A DNA stretch of 64,000 nucleotides, from the IMG/VR virus record IMGVR_UViG_3300033068_001989, positions 64,001 to 128,000 of that record, one strand, 5' to 3'. Numbering within the stretch: the stretch's first letter is position 1; the number at the start of each line of letters is the position of its first letter. A program made the position numbers and the translations under genes. The notes beneath the pieces were generated by a model, which was given only the letters and a program-made list of their open reading frames with translations, made no database searches and had not been told where the DNA came from. The DNA comes from a virus. Lineage: Duplodnaviria > Caudoviricetes. Below, one piece after another: positions 18,704-29,349 of the stretch.

Positions 18704-21085
18704 TTATACAAAATCATTTTTATCGGAATTAAATCCATCAGTACTTATATTATATTTATCTGTCGGTTTTAGGTTCCCAAGGTTTAATGGTTTTTCAACA
18801 GAAAAATCACCGCTTGTTGGCGGATATACTTTATCCATATCTCCTCTTGATATAGTATTAGTGTTAATTGGAGGACTATTATATACGCTTCCAGGCTGCT
18901 GCTGGAAATTGCTATTTGTATTTATTTGCTGTCCATTATCAGAAACTACTCCTTGATTTGGATAGACATTCTCGTTTACACCACTATAGACTCTAGCAGG
19001 AGAACCAAGATCAAGACCCGGCGAAGTTGGATACTCGTCACCCATCGGAGCAGTGTATATTCTATCTGGCACACCTAAATCAGGACCAGGTGAGGTTGGA
19101 TACTCGTCACCTCCAGGAGCAGGGTATATTCTAGAGGGAGCACCTAAATCAGGACCAGGTGAGGTCGGATACTCGTCGCCTCCTGGAGCAGGATAAACAC
19201 GATCGGGAGTACCAAGATCAGGACCAGGTGAGGTTGGATACTCGTCACCTCCTGGAGCAGGATAAATACGATCGGGAGCACCAAGATCAGGACCAGGTGA
19301 GGTTGGATACTCGTCACCACTAGGAGCAGGGTATATTCTATCGGGTACACCTAAATCAGGACCTGGCGAAGTTGGATATTCATCACCACCTGGAGCAGGA
19401 TAAACTCTATCGGGTACACCTAAATCAGGACCTGGTGAAGTTGGATACTCGTCACCTCCTGGAGCAGGATAAACCCTGCTAGGTAAACCTAGATCAGGAC
19501 CTGGAGAAGTTGGATATACATCTCCACCTGGAGCAGGATAAACTCTATCGGGTACACCTAAATCAGGACCTGGAGAAGTTGGATATGAATCCCCACCAGG
19601 AGTGGAATAAACTCTATTTGGTGGTCCTCCTAATCCCATACTTTGTGGATTTGGTAGGGTAGTTTTACTCAATCCTATATTGGCACCTCCTAATTGGGAA
19701 AGAAAATCTTGAGCACTATTAAATGAAAGATTTGATAACAATTGGCTAGGATTGAAACTGTAAGCATTACCAAGAACAGCCTTATCTAAACCTGCTACAT
19801 TTTTTGCTAAATTTGCTACTCCCTCATTTATAAGATCGTTCAATGAATTACTAACAAAATTAGTTAATAATTCACCGCCTAAACTTAATATGTCATTTCT
19901 ATCATCCGTTGGATTAGCCTGAACCGATGATCTAGCACCATCCCAGCTGTCACCCAATACCAATGGCTTACCATCAAGTCTTATGTTCGGGTATTGATTT
20001 CTCATTCTTACTCTACCCACATGAATTTTAAATTTCTGTGATTCTGGAGTTGCTGATCCAGATGCACTACCAGCAGAAAGTTCACTTTGTATAGGTGTAC
20101 TCTCGCTAAAATCAAACTCACAATTCTTACATTCGAATACAAGCATAGGTTTTATGCCAGATTGATCTTGCTGATCCTTTAGTAGTGAAAAATCATTATC
20201 AAGTCCAGCCTGATTGAATATATTACCAACAAAAGAATTGAAAGAACTAGCAGGATTAATACTACTTGAACTTCCACTACTGAAATTACCATTTTGCTGA
20301 CTCGCAACATCCGATGCTGCAGCAATGCTGCTTCCTGGATTATTACCAGAACCAAGAAGTGTTGATAGATTATCTATTGTAGTTAAAGCTGTAGATGAAC
20401 CCAATAGTCTAGACGTTTTAAAAAAGTTTCTTATCTCAGAAACAAATATGTACATAGTAAACTTTCTAAGATTTCTAGGTACCAATTCCCTCATGAAATC
20501 ATAATCAAATGTTGCTTGATTATAAAGATCTGCAAGAGCAGTTACTCTAAGGTTCATAGACTCCAGAGTATTAAATGTTAATGTCTTTCCCGCCGTTCTC
20601 TGTACATTGAAAGTTGAAGCTGCTTCTGTCTGTGTTTGATATCCACCTCTTGGAACCTTCATAAGTTCATCCAATCCACTTATAGACTGTATGAACCATG
20701 GAGAATTCGTTAAGAGGTCGTTAAAGGTTACTTTAAATTGTCTAAGCATGTCTGCTCTTTTCCCACCATAAGGAAAACTGATTTCTCTCTCCGTTAAATA
20801 ACCAACAGCGCTATAGTAGCTAATAGCTCTCTGTGTTCTAAATTCATATTGTGGTTGACCAAAGGGATTAGTAGCAAAAAAACTATTTCCCGCGCCTATC
20901 TCATAATTAGTATCTCTAAATAAAGGACTTGGTGGTAATCCATCCTCAGGATTTATTGGCAATGTACCGAAATCTATAACAATCTTGAAACCAAGATATG
21001 TTGGATCTTCGTATTGCCCCTGTTTAGAAAGTTTAAATCCTTTAAGAAATAGACTCCTTTGTTTATCTGTTGCTCCTAATGACAT
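18704..21085 (-). CDS. Putative tail-tube/baseplate protein with C-terminal 23-aa Pro/Gly repeats
   Basis: N-half FIQSISGLD..LTFNTLES..FTMYIFVSE looks tail-tube-like (weak); sits between hub and spike genes. Confidence 0.45.
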   Translation of the reverse strand: MSLGATDKQRSLFLKGFKLSKQGQYEDPTYLGFKIVIDFGTLPINPEDGLPPSPLFRDTNYEIGAGNSFFATNPFGQPQYEFRTQRAISYYSAVGYLTEREISFPYGGKRADMLRQFKVTFNDLLTNSPWFIQSISGLDELMKVPRGGYQTQTEAASTFNVQRTAGKTLTFNTLESMNLRVTALADLYNQATFDYDFMRELVPRNLRKFTMYIFVSEIRNFFKTSRLLGSSTALTTIDNLSTLLGSGNNPGSSIAAASDVASQQNGNFSSGSSSSINPASSFNSFVGNIFNQAGLDNDFSLLKDQQDQSGIKPMLVFECKNCEFDFSESTPIQSELSAGSASGSATPESQKFKIHVGRVRMRNQYPNIRLDGKPLVLGDSWDGARSSVQANPTDDRNDILSLGGELLTNFVSNSLNDLINEGVANLAKNVAGLDKAVLGNAYSFNPSQLLSNLSFNSAQDFLSQLGGANIGLSKTTLPNPQSMGLGGPPNRVYSTPGGDSYPTSPGPDLGVPDRVYPAPGGDVYPTSPGPDLGLPSRVYPAPGGDEYPTSPGPDLGVPDRVYPAPGGDEYPTSPGPDLGVPDRIYPAPSGDEYPTSPGPDLGAPDRIYPAPGGDEYPTSPGPDLGTPDRVYPAPGGDEYPTSPGPDLGAPSRIYPAPGGDEYPTSPGPDLGVPDRIYTAPMGDEYPTSPGLDLGSPARVYSGVNENVYPNQGVVSDNGQQINTNSNFQQQPGSVYNSPPINTNTISRGDMDKVYPPTSGDFSVEKPLNLGNLKPTDKYNISTDGFNSDKNDFV
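19000..19621 (-). repeat. 69-bp coding tandem repeat, about 9 copies (PDRVYPAPGGDEYPTSPGPDLGV)
   Basis: CAGGACC recurs every 69 nt; variation is mostly at synonymous positions. Confidence 0.95.
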
Positions 21086-21101
21086 TATATTATGTTATTT
21101 T

Positions 21102-22643
21102 TTATTTATTAAGTACACTATTAGGGAAGGATCTCGGGGTTGCACCTGATGAATTAGCTTGCCAAGTCCTCTTGCACAATATCAATTTCTCCCTCATAGC
21201 ACCAGTAGGTGTCCAATATACCTCCATACCCATAACAACATAATTACCAGAAAGGAATGAATCCAGTGTTGGTTGATTTGTGTTATTTGCTTTATTGTTT
21301 GGTGTCTGTCCGACATTTTGTTGTCTGTTACCTCCCTTAGTAACATAAATTGCAACAGGTATAACTTGACCTCTTATTATACCAGGATAATAAGATGATA
21401 ATTCAACCTCTAATGTTAATTTAGTTACATCGTTAATATTTATCAAATTTTGATACTTTGAATGTAGATAATTCTGGTGAACCCCAGATCCATCAGCAAA
21501 TCTATCAAGAACACCAAGCCATTCAGTTCTGGTTTCGTCCTTATATGAATCACTTCTTACTCTACCCTTCTGTAACATGGTTCCAGTTGAAACGTTATCT
21601 GTTGTTATTGATTCTATATCATACTTTACATACTTTTTCTTTGGCTCCCCTGGTTGTTCTATATCATCATAAAATCCTATATTCGTTATATAGCCCATAT
21701 TATTTGAGTTATCACCAGCTCTTGATGTAAGCGTATAGCCATTTATAAAAAATGGGGTTATACCAGATCCCATATAGTTAGTCAGTACTAAAGGGACCGA
21801 TGTCATCTTCGGAGTTGCAGTTCCAGGTATAGCAGCATCGGTTTTTGGATTTTTCGTTCCGTATCCAGGAGTAAAATAACCAACCTCTGTTGACTGGCCT
21901 TCGAAAGCAAATTGGGTTCCTAGATTTACAAAATTCAAATTATAATATGAATCAATCCAACAGTCATAGAAACTAGTCTCATCATCTTTATATGCTCTAA
22001 CCGATACCTCCTGTATAAAGTCATAATACGAATAGTTTGGACATATCCAAGACATTATATCGTTTGTTGATTTATCGTTCGTAGAAAAGCCTAAATTGAT
22101 GTCCTGCGACACTTCTAATAATGCATCTATGGATGGCATATTCGGAAATGCCTTTATTCTCTGTTTATATAGTCCAGGAATGTAGCATTCAGCAACAACA
22201 TTAAATCTAAAATTTTCGCCTTCCGGATCGCTACCATTCTCTGAATATGCGCTTGATACATCACCAACGACATTCAATATTAAAAAATCCATTCTGAAAG
22301 GCTTATAGTAGTTATCTGTAGATCTTATATAAACAGAAACTATATCACCATCTTTAGGATAATTTACAGACATAAATATTGTATCAGCAGCGGAAAAAGT
22401 AAATCTAACAACAGGAAGAAATCCAGAAAGATCAAGATTGAAATTTCTCATAAATCTTGAAACGTTATATCCGTTTATTGAAACATAAGGGGAATTTAGA
22501 CCCGTCGATTTCTCCTCAGATGCTCCGGTCTCTCTAAGTACATTAGCATCGCTAGATCCATTAGCATTATCAACCTTAACCAATTCATCAAGCTTAATGT
22601 TATTTATAGCTATCGAATTTATCTTTATATCCTTTTCAGTCAT
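21102..22643 (-). CDS. Putative baseplate hub protein (gp27/gpD-like)
   Basis: C-terminal LDSFLSGNYVVMGMEVYW..REKLILCKR; position between the gp53-like and spike genes. Confidence 0.5.
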   Translation of the reverse strand: MTEKDIKINSIAINNIKLDELVKVDNANGSSDANVLRETGASEEKSTGLNSPYVSINGYNVSRFMRNFNLDLSGFLPVVRFTFSAADTIFMSVNYPKDGDIVSVYIRSTDNYYKPFRMDFLILNVVGDVSSAYSENGSDPEGENFRFNVVAECYIPGLYKQRIKAFPNMPSIDALLEVSQDINLGFSTNDKSTNDIMSWICPNYSYYDFIQEVSVRAYKDDETSFYDCWIDSYYNLNFVNLGTQFAFEGQSTEVGYFTPGYGTKNPKTDAAIPGTATPKMTSVPLVLTNYMGSGITPFFINGYTLTSRAGDNSNNMGYITNIGFYDDIEQPGEPKKKYVKYDIESITTDNVSTGTMLQKGRVRSDSYKDETRTEWLGVLDRFADGSGVHQNYLHSKYQNLININDVTKLTLEVELSSYYPGIIRGQVIPVAIYVTKGGNRQQNVGQTPNNKANNTNQPTLDSFLSGNYVVMGMEVYWTPTGAMREKLILCKRTWQANSSGATPRSFPNSVLNK

Positions 22644-22645
22644 TA

Positions 22646-23239
22646 TTAATCAATAGGTTTATTAAATCCACCTCCACCTGCACTAGGTGCAAATATTAGG
22701 AATCCATTTTCTTTCATTATGGTTTTATCGTCAGGTTGCATCACATTAGGAGGTAAAACAATATTTGGTTGATTTTTAACTTTCTGTTCAAGGAATTTTC
22801 TTCTAGCGTCACTTACCTTAAATTTTTTGCTCTCCTGATTTTTTTTAAATACTGTATTCTGATTCGTGTTTGTATTATTGTTAGCTGAAGCTTGAGATTG
22901 ACTTATAATTTTTTTACTATTAAAAGAATCATCGATCGATTTAGAATTTGGTATAAGAAGAATATTTCCCTCCATTACTGCAAATGGATTACTTATACTA
23001 TTGAACTTCAAAAGTGATCCTACTCTTCCGTGATCTCCATATTTTATAGCAGCTATTAAATCAGGTCTCATCTGATAATATTCAGTAACAACAAAAAAAT
23101 CATCAAGAGCAATTCCACTATTATAATCAACAGAGGACTGTGTAAGGTTCCATATACCATATCCAGGTTTATTGTTAATTGGATCTGGATTGAATATGCT
23201 TTTATTTTTCGATATGGTATCTATAAGAAAATTTGACAT
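22646..23239 (-). CDS. gp53: Baseplate wedge gp53/LysM-like protein
   Basis: MRPDLIAAIKYGD..LLKFNSISNPFAVMEGNILLIP. Confidence 0.7.
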   Translation of the reverse strand: MSNFLIDTISKNKSIFNPDPINNKPGYGIWNLTQSSVDYNSGIALDDFFVVTEYYQMRPDLIAAIKYGDHGRVGSLLKFNSISNPFAVMEGNILLIPNSKSIDDSFNSKKIISQSQASANNNTNTNQNTVFKKNQESKKFKVSDARRKFLEQKVKNQPNIVLPPNVMQPDDKTIMKENGFLIFAPSAGGGGFNKPID

Positions 23240-23254
23240 TTTATATATTTTATT

Positions 23255-25102
23255 TTATCTTCCAGGTGAAGCCTGATTGTTTGCTGATGTACCATACGAT
23301 TCCTGGTTGAAAACACTAGTAACAGCATTCTTAAGTGTTTTACCATCAACAGTAGCAATAGCATCATATGACTGTGCATTAGCTGTTGTTGGCATTGATG
23401 ATTGATACAACCTACCGTCACCTCTATTAAAAATACTTTCTATCTCGCCTCTTTCTCTATCCCTACCATGCTTTAATGTGAATACCGCTTTAAGCGAAGT
23501 TGGGAAATCATCAGGACCAAGAGCCTCACCGAAATCAATTTTAACACCCTCGCATATAAGATTTCCAATCATTGCTATGGGATTACATGGATTACCTACA
23601 ACTAAATGCCATTCCCCTATGGGTGCACCAGTTAAAAGACTGGCAGGAAATTGATATGCTTCAAAAAAAGAAGGAGTAAGTGCTGTCTTCAGTAATCTAC
23701 CAGCGGAAGACCCAAACAATTCCTTCATTTCTTTAACAGCTGCACCAAGATTACCACTAGCCTGTTTGGTTATTACATTCATAGAATTCTTTAACTCATC
23801 AGCATCACCAAAAGATCCCTTATTAGGATCACCTGCTGCAGTCTTTGCACTGTCTACTGGATTAACCAATTGTTCAGCATAATCTATTATAAATTGAATT
23901 GGATCCTTATAGAACATTTCTAGACCTTTATTTCCACCAGGGAATCCAAAAGCTGGGAAATTTGAATTATATCTAAAATCCGGAGTTAAGAAAGAACCGT
24001 AATTTGTACCTATACTAAGAAGATTACCCATTATATCAAGCATGGATGCTTTTGTATTAACCTCTCCAACTGATGTTAGATCATATTCAAATGTAACTGA
24101 TATAGATCCAGAGTTCCCCCAGCTGAATGGTAGACCAACACCTCTAAAATGTGTAGAGCTAACAACGTCAACAGATGTCCAGATGTATTCACTGAAAAGA
24201 CCAGCACCCTTGCTAGGATCCTTCATCATATCCCTCATCTTCATATATTTAGTATTCTCAAGACTCGTATTATTAGGATCCGAAGCTATCGCAACAGCAT
24301 TAGCTATAGCCTTTATGTTTTTTGCAGCTTCACCATCACCTATTCCATTTAATACATCACCAAGTATTCTGGATGTATCATCAAGAAATCCCTGAGACAT
24401 AGATTGCTGTATTAAAGTTGGATCTTGTTCCTTATTTGTCCATTTTATACCAGTACTAAATGATAAGAGTTCGCTTAATTTATTACCAGTATTTCCACCA
24501 AACCAAGTTACCGCTTGTGCAACAGGTCTACCAACACCTTCAACGTTATAAGCTCCGGAAGATTTAAGTGCACCTGGAACAGATAGATTATCCAGAACAG
24601 GAGTCGGGAATCTTCTTAAAGTTATCATATAGTTATTAGGAATAGTTGCGTAGTATTTGCAGAATAGGAAGTCTTTCCAATAATATGGAGCTGCCATACC
24701 ACCAACTATGCTTTTCTCAAAAGCTGATGTGAATCCATTCAATATACTATCACAGTTAGCAACTATAGCTTCAAGTGCAAATGTTTCTCTAACCAGATGC
24801 CCAGCTGATGGGTTCTTCGATTTTCTGGATGATATTGATCTATTATACTCTCTGTTTTCAGATCTATAATAGGCATCGATAAAATTGTTTTCGTGATTAC
24901 CAAGCGAATAGAATAGAAATTGTCCGTATTTACCGGGTCTTCTTTTTCCTGCTTCATAGAATAGGGTTCTTGCTGTTGGCCCTTTAAATACATTACTGGA
25001 ACCTATGTTACTCCATCTCTGTACAAGGTCATTTATTATTCCCTTGCCTCTTAATTCCTCAAGAGAAGGAGCACTAGTACCATCATTAATTGTTGTAGGC
25101 AT
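23255..25102 (-). CDS. Putative baseplate/tail-tube initiator (gp48/gp54-like) structural protein
   Basis: C-terminal HLVVGNP..MIGNLICEGVKIDFG..DDFPTSLKAVFTLKH is tube-initiator-like; directly upstream of the gp53-like gene. Confidence 0.45.
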   Translation of the reverse strand: MPTTINDGTSAPSLEELRGKGIINDLVQRWSNIGSSNVFKGPTARTLFYEAGKRRPGKYGQFLFYSLGNHENNFIDAYYRSENREYNRSISSRKSKNPSAGHLVRETFALEAIVANCDSILNGFTSAFEKSIVGGMAAPYYWKDFLFCKYYATIPNNYMITLRRFPTPVLDNLSVPGALKSSGAYNVEGVGRPVAQAVTWFGGNTGNKLSELLSFSTGIKWTNKEQDPTLIQQSMSQGFLDDTSRILGDVLNGIGDGEAAKNIKAIANAVAIASDPNNTSLENTKYMKMRDMMKDPSKGAGLFSEYIWTSVDVVSSTHFRGVGLPFSWGNSGSISVTFEYDLTSVGEVNTKASMLDIMGNLLSIGTNYGSFLTPDFRYNSNFPAFGFPGGNKGLEMFYKDPIQFIIDYAEQLVNPVDSAKTAAGDPNKGSFGDADELKNSMNVITKQASGNLGAAVKEMKELFGSSAGRLLKTALTPSFFEAYQFPASLLTGAPIGEWHLVVGNPCNPIAMIGNLICEGVKIDFGEALGPDDFPTSLKAVFTLKHGRDRERGEIESIFNRGDGRLYQSSMPTTANAQSYDAIATVDGKTLKNAVTSVFNQESYGTSANNQASPGR

Positions 25103-25119
25103 TATTCATAATCTTTTTT

Positions 25120-25464
25120 TTAAAGATCGTGAATAGTATATTGTATTTCCTCAGGATGTTCGTCCAATAGATTCTCAAGATTTTCAGTAAAATCTTGATT
25201 TATATTCTTATAGCACACAAGTATACCATCACACTTTGTACTATATATTCCTTGTAGTATTTTCTTTCGAATAGTGTAGTTTATTACAAACTCAGATTCT
25301 CTAGTTAGATTATCAAGTTCATATCCCAGATCTCTTATTATTTTGGAGATATCCACGACATAAAAATCAGAACCTACAGTGGATCTCTTTTTTGCCTCCT
25401 TGGGAGAATATTTAGATAGATAGATTTTTACTTTAATCTCTTGCATTATTATCATTTGATTCAA
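25120..25464 (-). CDS. Hypothetical protein
   Basis: ORF in an operon-like run; start may be one of the later Met codons. Confidence 0.5.
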   Translation of the reverse strand: MNQMIIMQEIKVKIYLSKYSPKEAKKRSTVGSDFYVVDISKIIRDLGYELDNLTRESEFVINYTIRKKILQGIYSTKCDGILVCYKNINQDFTENLENLLDEHPEEIQYTIHDL

Positions 25465-25723
25465 AACTATCCCAATCTTTCTTCATTAGCATAGATTGGA
25501 AGGAAGAATACTCAGATTCTTGCTGTCTATATATGAAGAAATCATTTTCAGATTCCGTTTTATTTTCTTTTTGTATCTGATCATTCTTAACCATTTGAAG
25601 ATGTAGTCTATGCTTATTTTTTCCATCCTCTAGTTTTCCTTTATTATCAAATATATCTTTCTTTTCTACGTTTAATAATCCCATAGATCTTAAAATCTGT
25701 CTTCTCTGTCTTCTATTACTCAT
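25433..25723 (-). CDS. Hypothetical basic protein
   Basis: MSNRRQRRQILR N terminus; closely spaced with neighbours. Confidence 0.55.
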   Translation of the reverse strand: MSNRRQRRQILRSMGLLNVEKKDIFDNKGKLEDGKNKHRLHLQMVKNDQIQKENKTESENDFFIYRQQESEYSSFQSMLMKKDWDSFESNDNNARD

Positions 25724-25734
25724 AAATATAAATA

Positions 25735-26319
25735 TTAAAGTTCAACGTCCTTAAATCCACTCTCTGCTCCAAAAACTGAATCCTCTCTATTATATAAATC
25801 CATACCAACGACAAACTTAAATAATTTTAGAAAAAGCCCAGGAATAAATATATCCTTTGCCTTAACAACGTCATTCGCTGGGATAAAGTGAAAAATTGCT
25901 TCACTTTCCTGCTTAGATCCATCACCTTCTGCCTTTCCTTTTTCGATACCAGTAACATCAACGGCGAAAGCAGGATATTCTTTATCAACGAATTTGTTGC
26001 CAGATACTGTTCCAAGAAAATACCATTTATTATTATCAGAAACATCATAACCAGATTCCTCTAATAATTCTCTCTTAGCAGTTGCCAAGTAATCAGGATC
26101 TTCCTCATCGCAAGTTCCAGTTATTAAACTTTGCGTATTTCCACCATCCCTAAAAAGATTTTTTTCTTTAAGTACACCTATCATTAGTGGTAGTCCCTGA
26201 TCGTCGCTTATAAAAGGTAATATCATCACGGTTTCAACCCTAGAAACGATACCAGGTTTATCCTCTCTTTCAACAACGTCAAATTTGGGTGTTTCTAGTA
26301 GTATTTTTTCCTTATTCAT
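25735..26319 (-). CDS. Nudix hydrolase
   Basis: Nudix box GTCDEEDPDYLATAKRELLEESG. Confidence 0.8.
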   Translation of the reverse strand: MNKEKILLETPKFDVVEREDKPGIVSRVETVMILPFISDDQGLPLMIGVLKEKNLFRDGGNTQSLITGTCDEEDPDYLATAKRELLEESGYDVSDNNKWYFLGTVSGNKFVDKEYPAFAVDVTGIEKGKAEGDGSKQESEAIFHFIPANDVVKAKDIFIPGLFLKLFKFVVGMDLYNREDSVFGAESGFKDVEL

Positions 26320-26965
26320 TATTATCTTTTTTATTTGATTGTGACTTATTAACTTTTACTGTCTCCTTTTTCTCAGAAACATAATACGTCTTTTTTATTG
26401 AATCCGCAAGTGATGCTTTTATATCATCTATATCAACACCAGAAAGAACGAAATCTATTATATCTTTTTCTGCATCCTCGAAAGAACTTGACAAAACACC
26501 ATAAAGTTCCTTAGATGGTAAATTGAGTTTAAGTTTTATCGAAACCTCAACCGAATTTTTTTTCTGCTTCTTGAGCAACTTATATATCGGAGATTCGTCA
26601 GATTCACTTTTGACTGGAATTTCATCATAAACAATTGACGTTACACTGGAAGGTTTTGGAATCTCTGTGAATTCCGCGCTTATACCAAGGTCTTGTTTTG
26701 GTGGTGCTGGGTAATACATTAGAAATTCATCAATAAGATTGACATTCATCCTCTTTCCGCTAGTAAATTCAATAAAATAGGAATCGCCAGAATGTGCAAC
26801 ATTCTTATATGTCTCAATCGCTCCGATATCATCACCTTTAATCCATTGGAATTCCATATTTTTATAAGTATCTATTACTTCATCGATACTATTAATTTCA
26901 GCTAGATTCATTCTTTTTGGTTTTTTATTTTTTGAAGAAAAAAATTTTTTAATACTTGATATCAT
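26312..26965 (-). CDS. Hypothetical protein
   Basis: 217-aa ORF overlapping the Nudix start by 8 nt. Confidence 0.55.
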   Translation of the reverse strand: MISSIKKFFSSKNKKPKRMNLAEINSIDEVIDTYKNMEFQWIKGDDIGAIETYKNVAHSGDSYFIEFTSGKRMNVNLIDEFLMYYPAPPKQDLGISAEFTEIPKPSSVTSIVYDEIPVKSESDESPIYKLLKKQKKNSVEVSIKLKLNLPSKELYGVLSSSFEDAEKDIIDFVLSGVDIDDIKASLADSIKKTYYVSEKKETVKVNKSQSNKKDNNE

Positions 26966-27073
26966 TTATTTAGATTTTTTTCCTTTTCAGTTTATTTGGA
27001 CCCTCCAAATACAAAAAGTCCATTACATAAACATTGTAGATTACATAATGGAGTTTTGTTTCGTTATTTGTTG

Positions 27074-28036
27074 TTAATTTACTAAGTTTTCAGGAAATAT
27101 TTTTCTTATCTTATCCTCTGATGTGAATGTATTTATTATATTCTTAAGATCCTTTAATTTTTTACCATCCTCGATTCTCAACATCTTCATTTCTGAACTT
27201 AGATTTTGATCATTTCCGGATTTGAAGTTTTTTGACGTTTGTTCAAAATGGTTATAGATATTATCTCTATCTTCATTATTATCAACGCCTAATGATTTCT
27301 TAAGCAAGTAATACAGTCTGTGATTTTTCTTAACATCCGCTAAATCTGATTCGTCCTCAAGATTGGGTAAATCGTCATTATAGAAATAAAAATTATGCTT
27401 ACCGTTTTTACTCTTTATCTCAACCGATGGAGATGATTCGGCATTATTTTTATACATTTTAAAATCCCCAATAAGTTGCTTATCTGATTTTTTGTTTACG
27501 TCTATTGAAATGTTATTATCCAATACAACCTCATATTCATTATCACCATCCAACTTCTTAACATCAACAACCTCACATGGGATTCCTATTATATCCATTA
27601 TATGATATACATCATCCTTTATTGTATCTATTATATCGCCGGAATATAATTTATCCCTCATCTTGCTATCATAGAGAGATTCTATAAAATCCTCAATATT
27701 AGCTCTATTGACATCAGAACTTAACCATTCGCTTTCACCAGGGATTGAAATTTTACATACAGAATCAGAGTCATCGCTAATCTTACAATGATCTTTAGGT
27801 ATCCACAAATCCTTAATTTTTCTACCCTTGTAATTATGAAACGATAATCTAATATTTTTCGGTGAATCTTTTGTTAATAATATTCTCCCAAATGGCGGAG
27901 TGTCATTTTCAGAATCAAATTTTTCAGCCTCTAATTCATATCCATTATCAGATAACGAATTAACTCCCGGAATTTCATCATATATTTGTAGACTTTCCTC
28001 GTTTAAGATAAAATCTTTAAATTTTAAAATCTTCAT
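27074..28036 (-). CDS. Putative internal head protein
   Basis: N terminus MKILKFKDFILNEES resembles T4 capsid-targeting sequences (MKTYQEFIAE) with an LNE cleavage site. Confidence 0.5.
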   Translation of the reverse strand: MKILKFKDFILNEESLQIYDEIPGVNSLSDNGYELEAEKFDSENDTPPFGRILLTKDSPKNIRLSFHNYKGRKIKDLWIPKDHCKISDDSDSVCKISIPGESEWLSSDVNRANIEDFIESLYDSKMRDKLYSGDIIDTIKDDVYHIMDIIGIPCEVVDVKKLDGDNEYEVVLDNNISIDVNKKSDKQLIGDFKMYKNNAESSPSVEIKSKNGKHNFYFYNDDLPNLEDESDLADVKKNHRLYYLLKKSLGVDNNEDRDNIYNHFEQTSKNFKSGNDQNLSSEMKMLRIEDGKKLKDLKNIINTFTSEDKIRKIFPENLVN

Positions 28037-28046
28037 ATATTATCAA

Positions 28047-28493
28047 TTATGATCCGAAGACCACAGTTATTTTAAAATTTCTTGGCTCCGTTGATTTATT
28101 CATATCAATTTCAACAGATTTAGGGTATGAAGGTATAAGAACGTCATTCTTATCGACCAATATCTGATTATAATCTATTGTTCTACCAGGTATCAGATCT
28201 ATATCAAATTCCTTCGAATCGTTTGGATAATCATCAACCTCGAAATCAAGTTCCATCGAATTAACAACTATATCCATACTATCTATACCTGATTTTTTTA
28301 TGACAAGATTAACGGAATAATCTATAAAAATCTTAGCATCTGAAATATCCTCATATTCTTCAGGTCTGTTCTGTATGTCTATATCAGTATATCCGAGTTC
28401 TATTCCAAAAGTATAATCATTGGTATTGGTTGGCTTCTTGCTATCGGTAAAAGCAGAATAATCATAAATTCTTCCCTCGTTGATTCTTTTCAT
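28047..28493 (-). CDS. Hypothetical acidic protein, possible head protein (start revised from 28523)
   Basis: GATATATA late motif overlaps the longest-ORF start, favouring the MKRINEG start at 28493. Confidence 0.5.
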   Translation of the reverse strand: MKRINEGRIYDYSAFTDSKKPTNTNDYTFGIELGYTDIDIQNRPEEYEDISDAKIFIDYSVNLVIKKSGIDSMDIVVNSMELDFEVDDYPNDSKEFDIDLIPGRTIDYNQILVDKNDVLIPSYPKSVEIDMNKSTEPRNFKITVVFGS

Positions 28494-28578
28494 TTCTAGA
28501 AATCTTTTAGTGTATATATCCATTTCGAAAAAATTACAATGTAAATATATAGAGCGATCAAACTTTTAATAGTTAAAG

Positions 28579-29304
28579 ATGAAAAACCTAAGCACGATTT
28601 GGTTCATTAAGGAACCAATAGACATAGAGCATAAAGAATATGTTCTCCTAGATTACTTAAAATCAATAAGTAAAAATATAAATTCGAAAAACTGCTACCC
28701 TATATTAAGGGCAGTTTCCAAAATAGTTAAATCTCTTAACGAGTTTAAGAAAAATAATAAAATAGGGACTGGAATAATTTCACAGTTATCAGAGGAGGAA
28801 AGGAAATATATAGAAAATTTCAATTTTGAGAAATTAGAAAAGCAAAAAAAGGATTCAATATTAGCAATAATAGAATCATCACTGGAAATACTATATGAAT
28901 ATTCAGAGATATTTTTAGATATGCTTAAGGATGAGGAATCAAAAATTAAAATATTCAAGGTACAATCAAAATTCAATTCAGAGAAGATAGAACCAGCAAA
29001 TTCTGGTATATTAATAATAAGAAATATGGTAACAGATAAAATAATACCATATTATTGGCAAGGTTCAGTTACACTGAAGACGGACCATGGTAATAAGCAG
29101 ATCTGTGTTCTCAAGAAGATAATTTTAAAAAATTCAAGATATTCGATGAATTATGAATTCATATATCACGAAATATTGGACGAATTCTCAATAGAAAAAA
29201 ATGTATCACCCGAACTATTTGTTATTGAAATATACGAGGACTTTGACGAAGATTCTGACATATATAGGTTGGCAAAAGAAAAATTCATAGAAACAATTAC
29301 ATAA
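28579..29304 (+). CDS. Hypothetical protein; the only convincing plus-strand gene
   Basis: 241 aa, fills a gap between minus-strand genes; ends at a bidirectional terminator. Confidence 0.7.
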   Translation: MKNLSTIWFIKEPIDIEHKEYVLLDYLKSISKNINSKNCYPILRAVSKIVKSLNEFKKNNKIGTGIISQLSEEERKYIENFNFEKLEKQKKDSILAIIESSLEILYEYSEIFLDMLKDEESKIKIFKVQSKFNSEKIEPANSGILIIRNMVTDKIIPYYWQGSVTLKTDHGNKQICVLKKIILKNSRYSMNYEFIYHEILDEFSIEKNVSPELFVIEIYEDFDEDSDIYRLAKEKFIETIT

Positions 29305-29334
29305 AAAAAAGAGAGCTATTAGCTCTCTTTTTTT
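29303..29334. terminator. Bidirectional intrinsic terminator
   Basis: A8-GAGAGCT-att-AGCTCTC-T7 between convergent genes. Confidence 0.85.
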
Positions 29335-29349
29335 ATTCTATATGTTATA

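Noticed and set aside
19000-19621. CRISPR-like array
   Set aside because: Units are contiguous 69-bp in-frame coding repeats with synonymous variation and no unique spacers.
26970-27023. 17-aa uORF MDFLYLEGPNKLKRKKI upstream of 26312-26965
   Set aside because: Too short, with no independent support.
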